64,000 nucleotides of DNA from Paraphysomonas bandaiensis (GCA_965644295.1 CBFFRP010000379.1:1-64000), one strand, 5' to 3'; shown: positions 11,561 through 20,900, numbered from the stretch's first letter. Numbers and translations are program-made. Notes: generated by a model not told the origin, from the sequence alone.

Positions 11561-12097
11561 ATGAAAAACGAAATTGAACGTTGGACTGTCATACATGAAT
11601 ATGATGATTATGAAGTATCAAATCACGGAAGAGTTAAAAATAGCACAACTGGAAAGATGTTAAAGCTTGGAAAAAACAAACATGGATATCAGCTAGTCAG
11701 TTTAAACAAGAATGGAAATTACAAAACTTTGCGAGTTCATAGATTAGTTGCCGGTGCATTTTTGGACAATACACATAACAAGCCCTGTATTGATCACATT
11801 GATGGAGTTCGAGACAACAACAATTTATGTAATCTACGATACGCTTCATGTGCAGAGAACACTTACAATAAAAATGTCGTTGACAAAAGAAATACATCAG
11901 GATACACTGGCGTAAATTGGCATTCCTATGAAAAGAAATGGAAAGCACGAATAAAACATAAAGGAAATGATATAGAAATCGGACTGTATGATACAATCGA
12001 AGATGCTATTAAAGCAAGATGTAAAAAAGCAATTGAATTATTCGGAGACTTTGCAAACAAAGCAGACAAAGAATCTTATATGAAATATTTTATGTAA
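11561..12097 (+). CDS. NUMOD4-HNH-AP2 homing-type endonuclease
   Basis: YEVSNHGRVKN (NUMOD4); VHRLVA..F, IDHIDGVRDNNNLCNLR (HNH); NTSGYTGV.W...KWKARI....IGLY (AP2). Confidence 0.9.
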   Translation: MKNEIERWTVIHEYDDYEVSNHGRVKNSTTGKMLKLGKNKHGYQLVSLNKNGNYKTLRVHRLVAGAFLDNTHNKPCIDHIDGVRDNNNLCNLRYASCAENTYNKNVVDKRNTSGYTGVNWHSYEKKWKARIKHKGNDIEIGLYDTIEDAIKARCKKAIELFGDFANKADKESYMKYFM

Positions 12098-12258
12098 ACA
12101 AAGAAGGCAAGGAGCACAGTATAAGATCGCATCATTGCAATGAACGGACATTGCAACAGATTCAGTTTTAATATGAAATCTTCAATGGGCATTCTTGATA
12201 TCTTCAGTTTTTAGTGTTGTGTCCTGCATGTCAGCTTCAACTTCAAGAAAACGTCAGG

Positions 12259-12493
12259 TCACTCATTTGAGTGAAAACACCCCTCTGTTCACTGTTTTTG
12301 AGTGAAAAACACCCCTCTGTTCACTCATTTGGAGTGAAAAACACCTCTCTGTTCACTGTTTTTGAGTGAAAAACACCCCTCTGTTCACTGGTTTTGAGTG
12401 AAAAACACCCCTCTGTTCACTGGTTTTGAGTGAGGTGTCACTCATTTTGAGCGAAAACCCCCCCTGTTCACTGGTTTTGAGTGAAAAAACACC
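12259..12493. repeat. Tandem array of ~32-bp units with palindromic TCACT-N-GAGTGA core (8 cores)
   Basis: GAGTGA/GAGCGA cores at 12269, 12300, 12332, 12364, 12396, 12428, 12449, 12479. Confidence 0.9.
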
Positions 12494-12510
12494 AATTTCG
12501 AGAGAATAAA

Positions 12511-12699
12511 TTAAACGAACTTTAGGCCGTTGATTTTATTGTTCGCCTTTTTTCGTGCTCCGTTTACCTTCTTGTTGACTTTACTCTGAGCGCCACTGAC
12601 CTTCTTGTTCAGTTTCTTCTGGGCGCCGCTAACCTTCTTGTTAAGTTTATTCTGAGCGCCTGTAATCTTCTTATTGAATTTTGTTTTCAATCTGTCCAT
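12511..12699 (-). CDS. Small very basic repeat protein, putative DNA-condensing core protein
   Basis: 62 aa of 11-residue repeats K(L/V)NKKVSGAQK; function inferred from composition. Confidence 0.6.
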   Translation of the reverse strand: MDRLKTKFNKKITGAQNKLNKKVSGAQKKLNKKVSGAQSKVNKKVNGARKKANNKINGLKFV

Positions 12700-12743
12700 A
12701 GTAATAATATACCTATATATATTTTTCTCACGGAATATATATA

Positions 12744-13697
12744 ATGAAACCATTTTATACAGATGAAACATTCACGTATGTTGTCACCACAGCGAATAAA
12801 ACATCAGGAGATAATGCTTCATGCGAGATACCCATGCTCGCCTTGCTACCTTCAGATGTAGAATACTTTATATGTGTCCCCTTGTACTTTCAGTCCACAA
12901 GTAATTTGTTCTCTATTCCTTCGTCATCGGCTGTAATACTGGAGGCCAAAGACTTTGTAGAGATTGGATGTTCAACACACAAGACATCATCATTCAAAGC
13001 AGTAACTCCACCATTATTCGGAAGTGATGGAGGTTTGCATCGTTTATCCTTAGTCAATAATGTTAGTCAAATGAGGTATGTTGTTCGAAATTTCAACAAT
13101 AAAACCATTCAGTTTACATTTCGTAATGCTACAGGAATTGGTTTTCCCCAAAATGTTACAGCTCAAGGAGGGTGGGCTAAACAATGGATTTTACACCTGT
13201 CCTTAACACCTATAAGACAACACTCACCTTGTAAGTATATAATAAGCAATAAACATAAATCATTTACATACACCATTACAAATAAAGGTGCTGATGGTTC
13301 TGCAAATGATTGTTACATTACACTACCACCAATACATGACAATTATAATAGATACTTTGTTGATGTCATTGACTTTAGTGTAGATAATTCAACAATAGAC
13401 ACTGGTTCAGTAAGATACATAAACTTGTACTCTTTCAACTGGGCAGAAAATGGTTATGGAGGATATAACGATCAAACAGACAGAATGATTGTGTGCAGTC
13501 CATATATTAGAAATGCCAATGAACCTTCATTATATAGCGGAGATGGAGCAGTATTTATGATAAGCAATATGAAGCAATCTAGAAGAGTAAGGTTTAAAAT
13601 GTATGAAGCTACCCAAACAGAAGTAGTAAGCGGTGATATAGATAGCGGTGCAACAACTTATTACTACATAACATGTAAAATAACGCCTATTGACTAG
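12744..13697 (+). CDS. Protein with two tandem penton-like single-jelly-roll domains
   Basis: Internal repeat TFTYVVTTANKTSGDNASC / SFTYTITNKGADGSANDC, ending LSLTPI / CKITPI; motif order parallels the penton. Confidence 0.65.
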   Translation: MKPFYTDETFTYVVTTANKTSGDNASCEIPMLALLPSDVEYFICVPLYFQSTSNLFSIPSSSAVILEAKDFVEIGCSTHKTSSFKAVTPPLFGSDGGLHRLSLVNNVSQMRYVVRNFNNKTIQFTFRNATGIGFPQNVTAQGGWAKQWILHLSLTPIRQHSPCKYIISNKHKSFTYTITNKGADGSANDCYITLPPIHDNYNRYFVDVIDFSVDNSTIDTGSVRYINLYSFNWAENGYGGYNDQTDRMIVCSPYIRNANEPSLYSGDGAVFMISNMKQSRRVRFKMYEATQTEVVSGDIDSGATTYYYITCKITPID

Positions 13698-13722
13698 TAA
13701 TAATTTCTATTATAAATATATA

Positions 13723-14178
13723 ATGCAAAATACTCAAAGTTTTACGTATGTTATTTCATCGGCAAATGCTGCTTCAGGAGATGCTGAGAACTGTTACATA
13801 GATTTAGACCCATTGCCACAAAACTATGAATGGTATAGTGTTCAATGCACTGGATTTATTATGAATTGTGAATCATTAGCTGCTGGTCATCCTCAGTATG
13901 TTTTATTGGTAGCTGATGATTTGGCAGAAGATGGATATTATCAAGGATTTGATGGTAACCAATGTGTTTTATCATATCTTAATACAGATGACACTATATC
14001 ACAAATGACATCAGGAGAAGGGTCTTTGTTTAAAGTAAAGAACTTTAGACAAAAAAGAAGAATACATTTTAGTTTGTATGAACCAGATTTAACACCTATG
14101 GCTGGTGTTGTAGATGACTCTGCAACAACATATTGGTGCATATCATTGCTGTTTACACCTATTTTAGAGTTGAACTAA
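13723..14178 (+). CDS. Single penton-like domain protein (151 aa)
   Basis: SFTYVISSANAASGDAENC...YSVQ...RIHFSLYE...YWCISLLFTPI; paralog of both halves of the upstream gene. Confidence 0.65.
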   Translation: MQNTQSFTYVISSANAASGDAENCYIDLDPLPQNYEWYSVQCTGFIMNCESLAAGHPQYVLLVADDLAEDGYYQGFDGNQCVLSYLNTDDTISQMTSGEGSLFKVKNFRQKRRIHFSLYEPDLTPMAGVVDDSATTYWCISLLFTPILELN

Positions 14179-15780
14179 ATCAATATGCGTTTTCCAAAAT
14201 ATTGAACCTGATCCTACAGTTTGGAAATTATTATATGTATGAATTTCAAATGTCCAATTATCGGCAACATCTCCAACAGTAAATATAAGCGGTGCTAGAG
14301 TACAACCTACAGTACTAACACTTCCACGATTTGCATCCCATACACCCGGACCATAAAGAGTTGCTCTTTCTAGCGTTCCATTTTTCTTAACTAATACACG
14401 CGCGCGTATATCTGTCCATGATTTAATACCCATGATTTCAAAAGAAACTTGTAGCATGTATCGTCCTGTATACTGAATGTAACCTGATGAATCAATCATA
14501 TTTGAATCACCGCCTGTAGGTGTTGTACTCAATTCCGAAGATGTCATATAATGTCCACCGCTAGATGTTTGATAAGTTGTATTATAAGCCATGGATGAGA
14601 AATAAGTTACTGGATCATCAATTTCTTCCCAATAACAATTTTTTTTGCTAGTTAATGTATCCAAATCCGTTCTATCAGTAGCTGTGAACGCTGTTGTTTG
14701 AATGGTAGCATCTGGATATTCTACTTTTGTATAACAATTGATGTGATCACATCTTATTTCATCAATTGCGCCTCCTCCACCAGCTTTTAATAATGTATTG
14801 ACTGGGAAAGTCCATTCATTTGAACTTCTTGTTATATCATCTAATAATGTGCTATAATCAGAACTAAACGCTTTTGTTTGTTCGCTAGCATCTGAAAATT
14901 CTAGAACACCGCCCGATCCTGTGATTTCAAACCTACAATTACTTCCTGTCATTCTGAATGTGCTTCCTGTACCTGACACAGTATGTAATCCATAACTTTT
15001 ATTTAGTAATAGATCGCTTGAAATAGTTAAATCATCATATCCACCACCGGTATAAGACAAAGGTGTTATAGTTGATTCAATAGTTGCAATGTCAGATGTG
15101 TTTGTGGATATGTTTGATGTGTTAGTCGCTATATTGGTTGTATTGGTTGATATGTTAGATGTATTGGTTGATATGTTTGATGTGTTAGTCGCTATGTTAG
15201 ATGTATTGGTTGATATGTTGGTTGTGTTAGTAGATATATTTGATGTATTGGTTGCTATATTTGATTCGGCTGTTGAGAGGTCTACATCAATACTCGCAAT
15301 ATCTGCCGTGTTTGTTGCTATATCACTTGTATTGGTTGCTATGTTAGTTGCGTTTGTTGCTATATCACTTGTATTAGTGGCTATATTTGTGGTGTTTGTG
15401 GATATATTTGATGTATTGGTTGTAATATTGGTGGTGTTTGTGGATATATTTGATGTATTGGTTGCTATATTGGTGGTGTTTGTGGATATATTTGATGTAT
15501 TAGTTGATATGTTATTTGCATTCGTTGTAATTTGAGTTTGTGCGTTTGAAGTGAGTCCATCAATATAACTCAGTTCAACATCTGTTATAGTTGTGCCATT
15601 TGCGACAATACTAGCCCCCGATTGCATTGTTATATCAGTATCAATAATAATGTTACTCGTTTCAAGTGTGTCTAAATATATATTATCACTTGTTAAACTG
15701 CCAGTCGTTATTTCGTCCGCTTTTATTGTTTGTAATCCATTCAAAGATGGTATGTTTAATGATGTATAGCCATTATTCAT
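14164..15780 (-). CDS. Putative virion fibre/spike with trimeric coiled-coil stalk
   Basis: About 20 heptads IxTNTxN, LSYIDGLTSNAQTQI motif, two (F/Y)xDxxxQTxAF fibre-type motifs, beta-rich C-terminal head; adjacent to the MCP gene. Confidence 0.75.
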   Translation of the reverse strand: MNNGYTSLNIPSLNGLQTIKADEITTGSLTSDNIYLDTLETSNIIIDTDITMQSGASIVANGTTITDVELSYIDGLTSNAQTQITTNANNISTNTSNISTNTTNIATNTSNISTNTTNITTNTSNISTNTTNIATNTSDIATNATNIATNTSDIATNTADIASIDVDLSTAESNIATNTSNISTNTTNISTNTSNIATNTSNISTNTSNISTNTTNIATNTSNISTNTSDIATIESTITPLSYTGGGYDDLTISSDLLLNKSYGLHTVSGTGSTFRMTGSNCRFEITGSGGVLEFSDASEQTKAFSSDYSTLLDDITRSSNEWTFPVNTLLKAGGGGAIDEIRCDHINCYTKVEYPDATIQTTAFTATDRTDLDTLTSKKNCYWEEIDDPVTYFSSMAYNTTYQTSSGGHYMTSSELSTTPTGGDSNMIDSSGYIQYTGRYMLQVSFEIMGIKSWTDIRARVLVKKNGTLERATLYGPGVWDANRGSVSTVGCTLAPLIFTVGDVADNWTFEIHTYNNFQTVGSGSIFWKTHIDLVQL

Positions 15781-15828
15781 AATCGTTATACATTATAATT
15801 AGAAATTTAAATTAAGTATTTATTTATC

Positions 15829-17244
15829 TCAGAATTGAGTGTAGCAAACCCCGGCCTCGCACACCATAACAGCGTCATACATAGCGTAAGTATCAAATCT
15901 GACGGATGGAGTTGATGAATTAGCGTTATACGTACAGTGCCAGAACACATCATCATTAGAAGTATTATATCCTGAGTAGATAGAATCTTTATCAGCATTT
16001 GAATATGTTTCAAGATCCATACCAACAAAGAAAGCCTCAGAACTGGCGGTATCATCTACATAATTCTCTGTTTCAGCATTAACCGTAGGGACATCAACAT
16101 CATAATCTCCTAAATCAATATTTGGTTCGTGATTGATATCTGACACGCTACCTATAGCCTTTATAGCTTCAATGAAAAACTCAGGGACAGTCTCAGGAGC
16201 TTTTGATGGTACAACCTTAGAGCCCAATCTCAGCGTATAAGAAGCAAGATTATAGTGACAAGAACCCATAGGGAAATAAGTAATAGAACCGTCGGCATTT
16301 TCTCTTTGAGTCATAAAAAGAGATTTCAAGCTGTTGAATTTAGCTGGCACAGGTATAGATACCTGGGTCGTTGCATTATTTAAAGTGGCATTGTACACGT
16401 AGTTCCTCCATGCAGGAACCACCCACTCAAGTCTTCCACCAGGTGCGGAATTATTGATTATATTCATTGCTTCACTTCCAAGCTCCATAAATTGAGCAAT
16501 AAATTCACAGTTATTTACTTTAAAAGAGGACAATGCAAGTTCAGAACAAATGAATTTCGCTGGGCTAGAAACTAGTTGAAGTTCAAGTCTAAGAGGTGCG
16601 CTTGTCATTGCAAAGAGAGGAATGTATTTATCAGAAAGAGAACCAATAATAGATAAAAGGTTAATGGTGTAAGTTCTAGTAAGAGTATCTCCCGCGGCGG
16701 CGATATCTGCAAACTGTGTTGTTTGTCCATCATCAATAAGTCTTTCACCTGAGTTAATAGTAAAAACTTGGTTGGTTGCCCCTTGAATTTTTGTTAATAG
16801 AGTACCTGCATCTGCTACTGTTGAATCAGTCACATCACAAAAGGCATCTCTCGTTAACCCAGCCATAATGTTTAACTTACCTTTAGCAGAATCTCCAGAT
16901 TGTTGTAATGACATAAGCATGCCTACAAGATTTCCGTAATTATCAATATCTTCAAGTAATTGAGAACCATGATAAAGTCTAAGTCTTTGAATGCAACCGT
17001 GAGCTCCAGCTCTATCTAAACGGGCATAGGCATTTGCTCCAGCTCCATTAGTTACTGTCAAGTCAAATTTTAAGAGTGATTCAGACCCTGCCATGACGAG
17101 ATTCTGAGCTGTGGGGATATTAATGATGATAGTCTGCCCATCTAAGTAGTTTCCAACGCCATTCAATGGTTGTATGTGAGTGGAAAAGTTACGTGCGTAA
17201 GCGCTTGATCGCTTGTTAGTGTATAATAGGTTTTTAGGAATCAA
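15829..17244 (-). CDS. Major capsid protein (double jelly roll, PLV type); begins with TTG
   Basis: 471 aa, beta-rich; IPKNL...SAYARN...PLNG, IQRLRLYHGSQLLEDIDNYG, KYIPLFAM, FFVGMDLETY; clustered with penton and ATPase. Confidence 0.88.
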   Translation of the reverse strand: MIPKNLLYTNKRSSAYARNFSTHIQPLNGVGNYLDGQTIIINIPTAQNLVMAGSESLLKFDLTVTNGAGANAYARLDRAGAHGCIQRLRLYHGSQLLEDIDNYGNLVGMLMSLQQSGDSAKGKLNIMAGLTRDAFCDVTDSTVADAGTLLTKIQGATNQVFTINSGERLIDDGQTTQFADIAAAGDTLTRTYTINLLSIIGSLSDKYIPLFAMTSAPLRLELQLVSSPAKFICSELALSSFKVNNCEFIAQFMELGSEAMNIINNSAPGGRLEWVVPAWRNYVYNATLNNATTQVSIPVPAKFNSLKSLFMTQRENADGSITYFPMGSCHYNLASYTLRLGSKVVPSKAPETVPEFFIEAIKAIGSVSDINHEPNIDLGDYDVDVPTVNAETENYVDDTASSEAFFVGMDLETYSNADKDSIYSGYNTSNDDVFWHCTYNANSSTPSVRFDTYAMYDAVMVCEAGVCYTQF

Positions 17245-17304
17245 AATAGTTATATATTATATGGATAAAATTAATTATCTATATAATTTCAAAATAAATG
17301 CGTT

Positions 17305-17919
17305 TTATACTGTGTTGTTATTCATGTATTCTATATGTTTTTTGGTTTTAATATGCTTATGCATAGAATCTCTTCGCATAACTTGGCCACAACTACAGGT
17401 AACTTCTTGAGCACATCGTTTTTCATGTGGTTTTTTTTTATCTTTTCTGGGTTTTTTTATTCCCTTATGTTTGTTTGTTTTCAGATGCTTGTGAATAGAA
17501 TCTCTTCGCATTACAAGGCCACAAGTACAGGTAACTTCTTCAGCGCCACGTTTATTTTTGGCGTCCTTTCTGTCCTGTCTTTGATTTCTTATGCGTTCGT
17601 ATTCCTTTTTACTCTCCACGGTATGAACAACGTTTTTGATTTTATTAACACACTCATTATTTTGAATGTAGTACCCTTCTCTCGCATGTAATTCATCTTT
17701 ACTGTTACATGGATAGTTTTCTACTAAATAAATAGCACAGTCGGGTTCATCAAGTATTTTAAAGGATGAAACGAAGTGATCTTTACCTTTTTTGTAACCG
17801 TTATAATTGTTGCGATGCTTTGCTAATCTTCTGGCTAGCGTGGGTTCACATGTTGATCCGTAATAAGTTTTACCACCTCCAACAATCTTGTAAATTTTTC
17901 CTTTCTGATAATCAGGCAT
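17305..17919 (-). CDS. GIY-YIG endonuclease with two C-terminal Zn-finger-like repeats
   Basis: GKIYKI...YYGST...LARRLAKH...ELHAREGYYI; twice VTCxCGxVMRRDSxHKHxKTxKH. Confidence 0.85.
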   Translation of the reverse strand: MPDYQKGKIYKIVGGGKTYYGSTCEPTLARRLAKHRNNYNGYKKGKDHFVSSFKILDEPDCAIYLVENYPCNSKDELHAREGYYIQNNECVNKIKNVVHTVESKKEYERIRNQRQDRKDAKNKRGAEEVTCTCGLVMRRDSIHKHLKTNKHKGIKKPRKDKKKPHEKRCAQEVTCSCGQVMRRDSMHKHIKTKKHIEYMNNNTV

Positions 17920-17988
17920 ATTCTTTTATACTCTAATATATTCTTATATCTTAAAGTATTTTAAATTAAAAATTGACTTAAACATTAT

Positions 17989-18414
17989 TTATGCGAATCC
18001 ATCTTCATCTGCGGTTGCTTGTGCGATCTTTTTGCGCACATTGAACTTTTCGAGATCATTAGCATGTTTGTTGGCATGTTTAAGAGCTTTGTTACTTGCG
18101 TTCTTATATTTGTGTAAGGCCTTATCCCCTTTGTCAAGCCCTTTTCTAGCACCATGCAAAGCAGTCGATAATGCATTAACTCCGGGGACGGAACCAGCTC
18201 CAGCATCAACGGCGGCGCCTAGTACAGCGTCGGCTATATCTGCCCCTTTTCTAACGTTGTGCAAAACTTTTGACCCAGTATTAACTGCTTTACGGTTGAT
18301 CTTTTGTGCTTTTTGAAGTACGTCGTGAGATTTGTGCCCTAATTGATGAGCCTTCTTATCTATTTTGTGACCAAGTTTTCTAACACCTCGATCAAACTTC
18401 TTACCTAGTTTCAT
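17989..18414 (-). CDS. Basic protein with central Gly/Ala-rich segment, putative core protein
   Basis: LG(K/H)K repeats at the N-terminus, ADAVLGAAVDAGAGSVPG; lies in the structural gene cluster. Confidence 0.6.
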   Translation of the reverse strand: MKLGKKFDRGVRKLGHKIDKKAHQLGHKSHDVLQKAQKINRKAVNTGSKVLHNVRKGADIADAVLGAAVDAGAGSVPGVNALSTALHGARKGLDKGDKALHKYKNASNKALKHANKHANDLEKFNVRKKIAQATADEDGFA

Positions 18415-18438
18415 GTATATATATACACTATATTTTAA

Positions 18439-19173
18439 TTATTCTATATCAAGCTCTAGAGTTAAAGACCAATGAACTCCATTCAGATCAAGCACATCAT
18501 CATCTTGATCCGTGAGTTTAACATGTAAATTTGTTAAATTATGAACATTATAGATCATATTACGAACATTGTATATATTAGAGTAACTGATCATACTGTG
18601 ATGGGAAGAATCTACTGGAATACTGCATAATATATTACTTTTATTAGGTGTTGAATTGTTAATATTATTGATTTGAAAGTTATCAGATGTAACATAAACA
18701 TTTCTAATTGTGAATAAATTAATTGATATGGTACTTGTAAGCACTTGTGACGTTGACGAGTATGTTGTATCATCTGTAAAACCAAGAACTTCAAAACAAG
18801 TACTATTCGATTCAAATGTAAAATCATATGTACTATGTGAAAAGGTTAATTTGTTTGTTTTGCTGTTATATGTGATTGTTAAAGCGGGTATGCCAGTTGT
18901 AATTGCTGTTATCAAGGTATTAACGTTATAATTTCCTTCTGTAATAGTTAATGTTTGTACTCCACCACCATTGACTGTATATTTTAAAGTGTTATTAATT
19001 GAACTAATGTTATAAAATGAATAAGGTATCATCGCCGTTTGAACCGAACAAAATATCTTTCTATGTTTTGGTATGTTGATAACAGGTAAATGAAATATAC
19101 AATCTGATGTATTACCTGATATATATCTATTTGCACTTTTGCTATTTAAAAAGATGCACAATTTATCGCTCAT
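18439..19173 (-). CDS. Minor capsid protein (penton)
   Basis: IFLNSK...IPYSFYNI...EGNYN...LHVKLTDQD..LDLNGVHWSLTLEL, typical of PLV/Polinton pentons; next to the ATPase. Confidence 0.85.
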   Translation of the reverse strand: MSDKLCIFLNSKSANRYISGNTSDCIFHLPVINIPKHRKIFCSVQTAMIPYSFYNISSINNTLKYTVNGGGVQTLTITEGNYNVNTLITAITTGIPALTITYNSKTNKLTFSHSTYDFTFESNSTCFEVLGFTDDTTYSSTSQVLTSTISINLFTIRNVYVTSDNFQINNINNSTPNKSNILCSIPVDSSHHSMISYSNIYNVRNMIYNVHNLTNLHVKLTDQDDDVLDLNGVHWSLTLELDIE

Positions 19174-19507
19174 CTATATTATTACAATCATATATTTTTC
19201 TATTCATTAACTCCTCTAATGGGGAATCACTGATATTTTCAGCTATAGTTTCAAGTACTTGCTGCCATCCTGGAATGTGAAAACCTGTCCCATTGGGCAT
19301 ATTTTTTAATACATGACGTATACCTTGTCTTTTAAAAGAATCGTTGTAGTGTAACATATTTATATCTATAACTTCATCTAAGCGTTTTGGTCTGACCTGA
19401 TAATCAAGTTCATCCGGTAGTTCATCCTCTGAGTCGGATGATAAATAATACTGCGTTTCAGAATCATATTGCAATTCGGTTGAATCATTTTCTGTATCAC
19501 TGTTCAT
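19163..19507 (-). CDS. Acidic hypothetical protein
   Basis: 114-aa ORF with TATATA-ATG leader between the ATPase and penton. Confidence 0.65.
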   Translation of the reverse strand: MNSDTENDSTELQYDSETQYYLSSDSEDELPDELDYQVRPKRLDEVIDINMLHYNDSFKRQGIRHVLKNMPNGTGFHIPGWQQVLETIAENISDSPLEELMNRKIYDCNNIDER

Positions 19508-19526
19508 TATATATATTGATTAGATA

Positions 19527-20258
19527 TTAATTATTATCAATTGTCAAAGTATTAAAGTTTTTAAATAATTTGTTTTCAACTGTATCCACATCTAAATGAT
19601 TATAGTTTTTATCATAAACATAATCATAGAGCTCAACCGCATTATCTTTCGTCATATTTAAAAGCTCTGATGTCACAACTGTCCACTCTTGCTGATTTTT
19701 AGGTTTAAACAAAGACATGTTAGTTATTTGTTTTCTCAATGTTAAGGGAAATAAATTATATGATTGTAATGTAAACACAAAAGCAGTATTTAAATGCCTT
19801 GCTTTGATAAGCATTCTGTTTAAATGTTTAATTAAAACATTGTCTTTTAAATGATTTGCATAATCATCAATAATAACTAAATTATATTCTGGAGGTATGC
19901 CCTGCTCTATGTTACTTTCTTTTAAGTTTGATAATTCATCATATATTATATCCAATAATTCCGGTGTTAATTCATGATATACCTTTCCATGCTCACTAAA
20001 TGGATGCTTTTCTACACTGAGAAAGCTACTCTGTGGGGTGATTAAGTATATATTATCAAACTTGGCTCTGTAAAACCTAGATGACTTAAACATTGACAAT
20101 AATAAGCTTGTTTTTCCTGATCCACCAGATCCTATTAAAGTATATATAAACCCATTTCGATGTGGTAAGTGTTCATTGATGTTTGGTATATAGACGTCCA
20201 TAACTTCTTTAATAGGTGCTGTATTAGGCAAATCAGAAGGTGTTTCTGTTATCTTCAT
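19527..20258 (-). CDS. A32-like (FtsK/HerA) genome packaging ATPase
   Basis: Walker A GSGGSGKT, Walker B LVIIDD, ARH motif, LQSY, LRKQ. Confidence 0.92.
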   Translation of the reverse strand: MKITETPSDLPNTAPIKEVMDVYIPNINEHLPHRNGFIYTLIGSGGSGKTSLLLSMFKSSRFYRAKFDNIYLITPQSSFLSVEKHPFSEHGKVYHELTPELLDIIYDELSNLKESNIEQGIPPEYNLVIIDDYANHLKDNVLIKHLNRMLIKARHLNTAFVFTLQSYNLFPLTLRKQITNMSLFKPKNQQEWTVVTSELLNMTKDNAVELYDYVYDKNYNHLDVDTVENKLFKNFNTLTIDNN

Positions 20259-20316
20259 TATATTATGAGTAAATATATTAATATTTTGTAAATATTTTTT
20301 CTACGGTAACTATATA

Positions 20317-20871
20317 ATGGTAGAACCCGAAGAATATATAGAAGAATCAATTCCTTTGACAAAACCAAAAAGACAGGTCAAACAACTCGCAACCATACCA
20401 GAGGAGCCTGTTAACACACCCCAAGCACCTATTCAGTCCACTCCTGTAAAAAAGAAAAGAGTGATGACAAAGCCTAAAACACAAGCCCAACTACAAGCAT
20501 TTGAAAAGGCTAGACAAAAAAGAGCAGAGAATGCTGCAAAGAGGCAACAAGAAAAGGAATTACATTACGCTCAATTATTAGCCAAACATCAAGAAGAGCA
20601 ATCAGTAACAAAGACAGATCCCGAACCAAAACCAACACCAAGGCCTGTTGTTAAACGAGCTCCAAGGCAAAAAATAATATATGATGATTCAGAATCAGAT
20701 GAAGAGGTTATAGTTGTTAAAAGACCATCAAAAAGAAAACCAAAAAAGAAAACAATTGTGGTCGAATCATCAGAATCTGAATCAGAATCAGAAGATGAAC
20801 AAGTATCTATACAAAGACAACCCGCTCCACAAAGACATGTGACTTTTAATTCAGATGATTATTTCGCATAA
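20317..20871 (+). CDS. Hypothetical K/E/S-rich protein
   Basis: 184-aa ORF with TATATA-ATG leader; low complexity. Confidence 0.7.
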   Translation: MVEPEEYIEESIPLTKPKRQVKQLATIPEEPVNTPQAPIQSTPVKKKRVMTKPKTQAQLQAFEKARQKRAENAAKRQQEKELHYAQLLAKHQEEQSVTKTDPEPKPTPRPVVKRAPRQKIIYDDSESDEEVIVVKRPSKRKPKKKTIVVESSESESESEDEQVSIQRQPAPQRHVTFNSDDYFA

Positions 20872-20900
20872 TATTATCTTTCACTATTATATAAATACTA

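Noticed and set aside
12259-12493. CRISPR-like array
   Set aside because: Units are tandem with no unique spacers, no cas genes, eukaryotic viral context
15089-15535. 148-aa hydrophobic ORF
   Set aside because: Antisense shadow of the fibre heptad repeat
17968-17975. AAAATTGA (mimivirus early promoter motif)
   Set aside because: Lies on the + strand with no credible + gene downstream; expected by chance in AT-rich DNA
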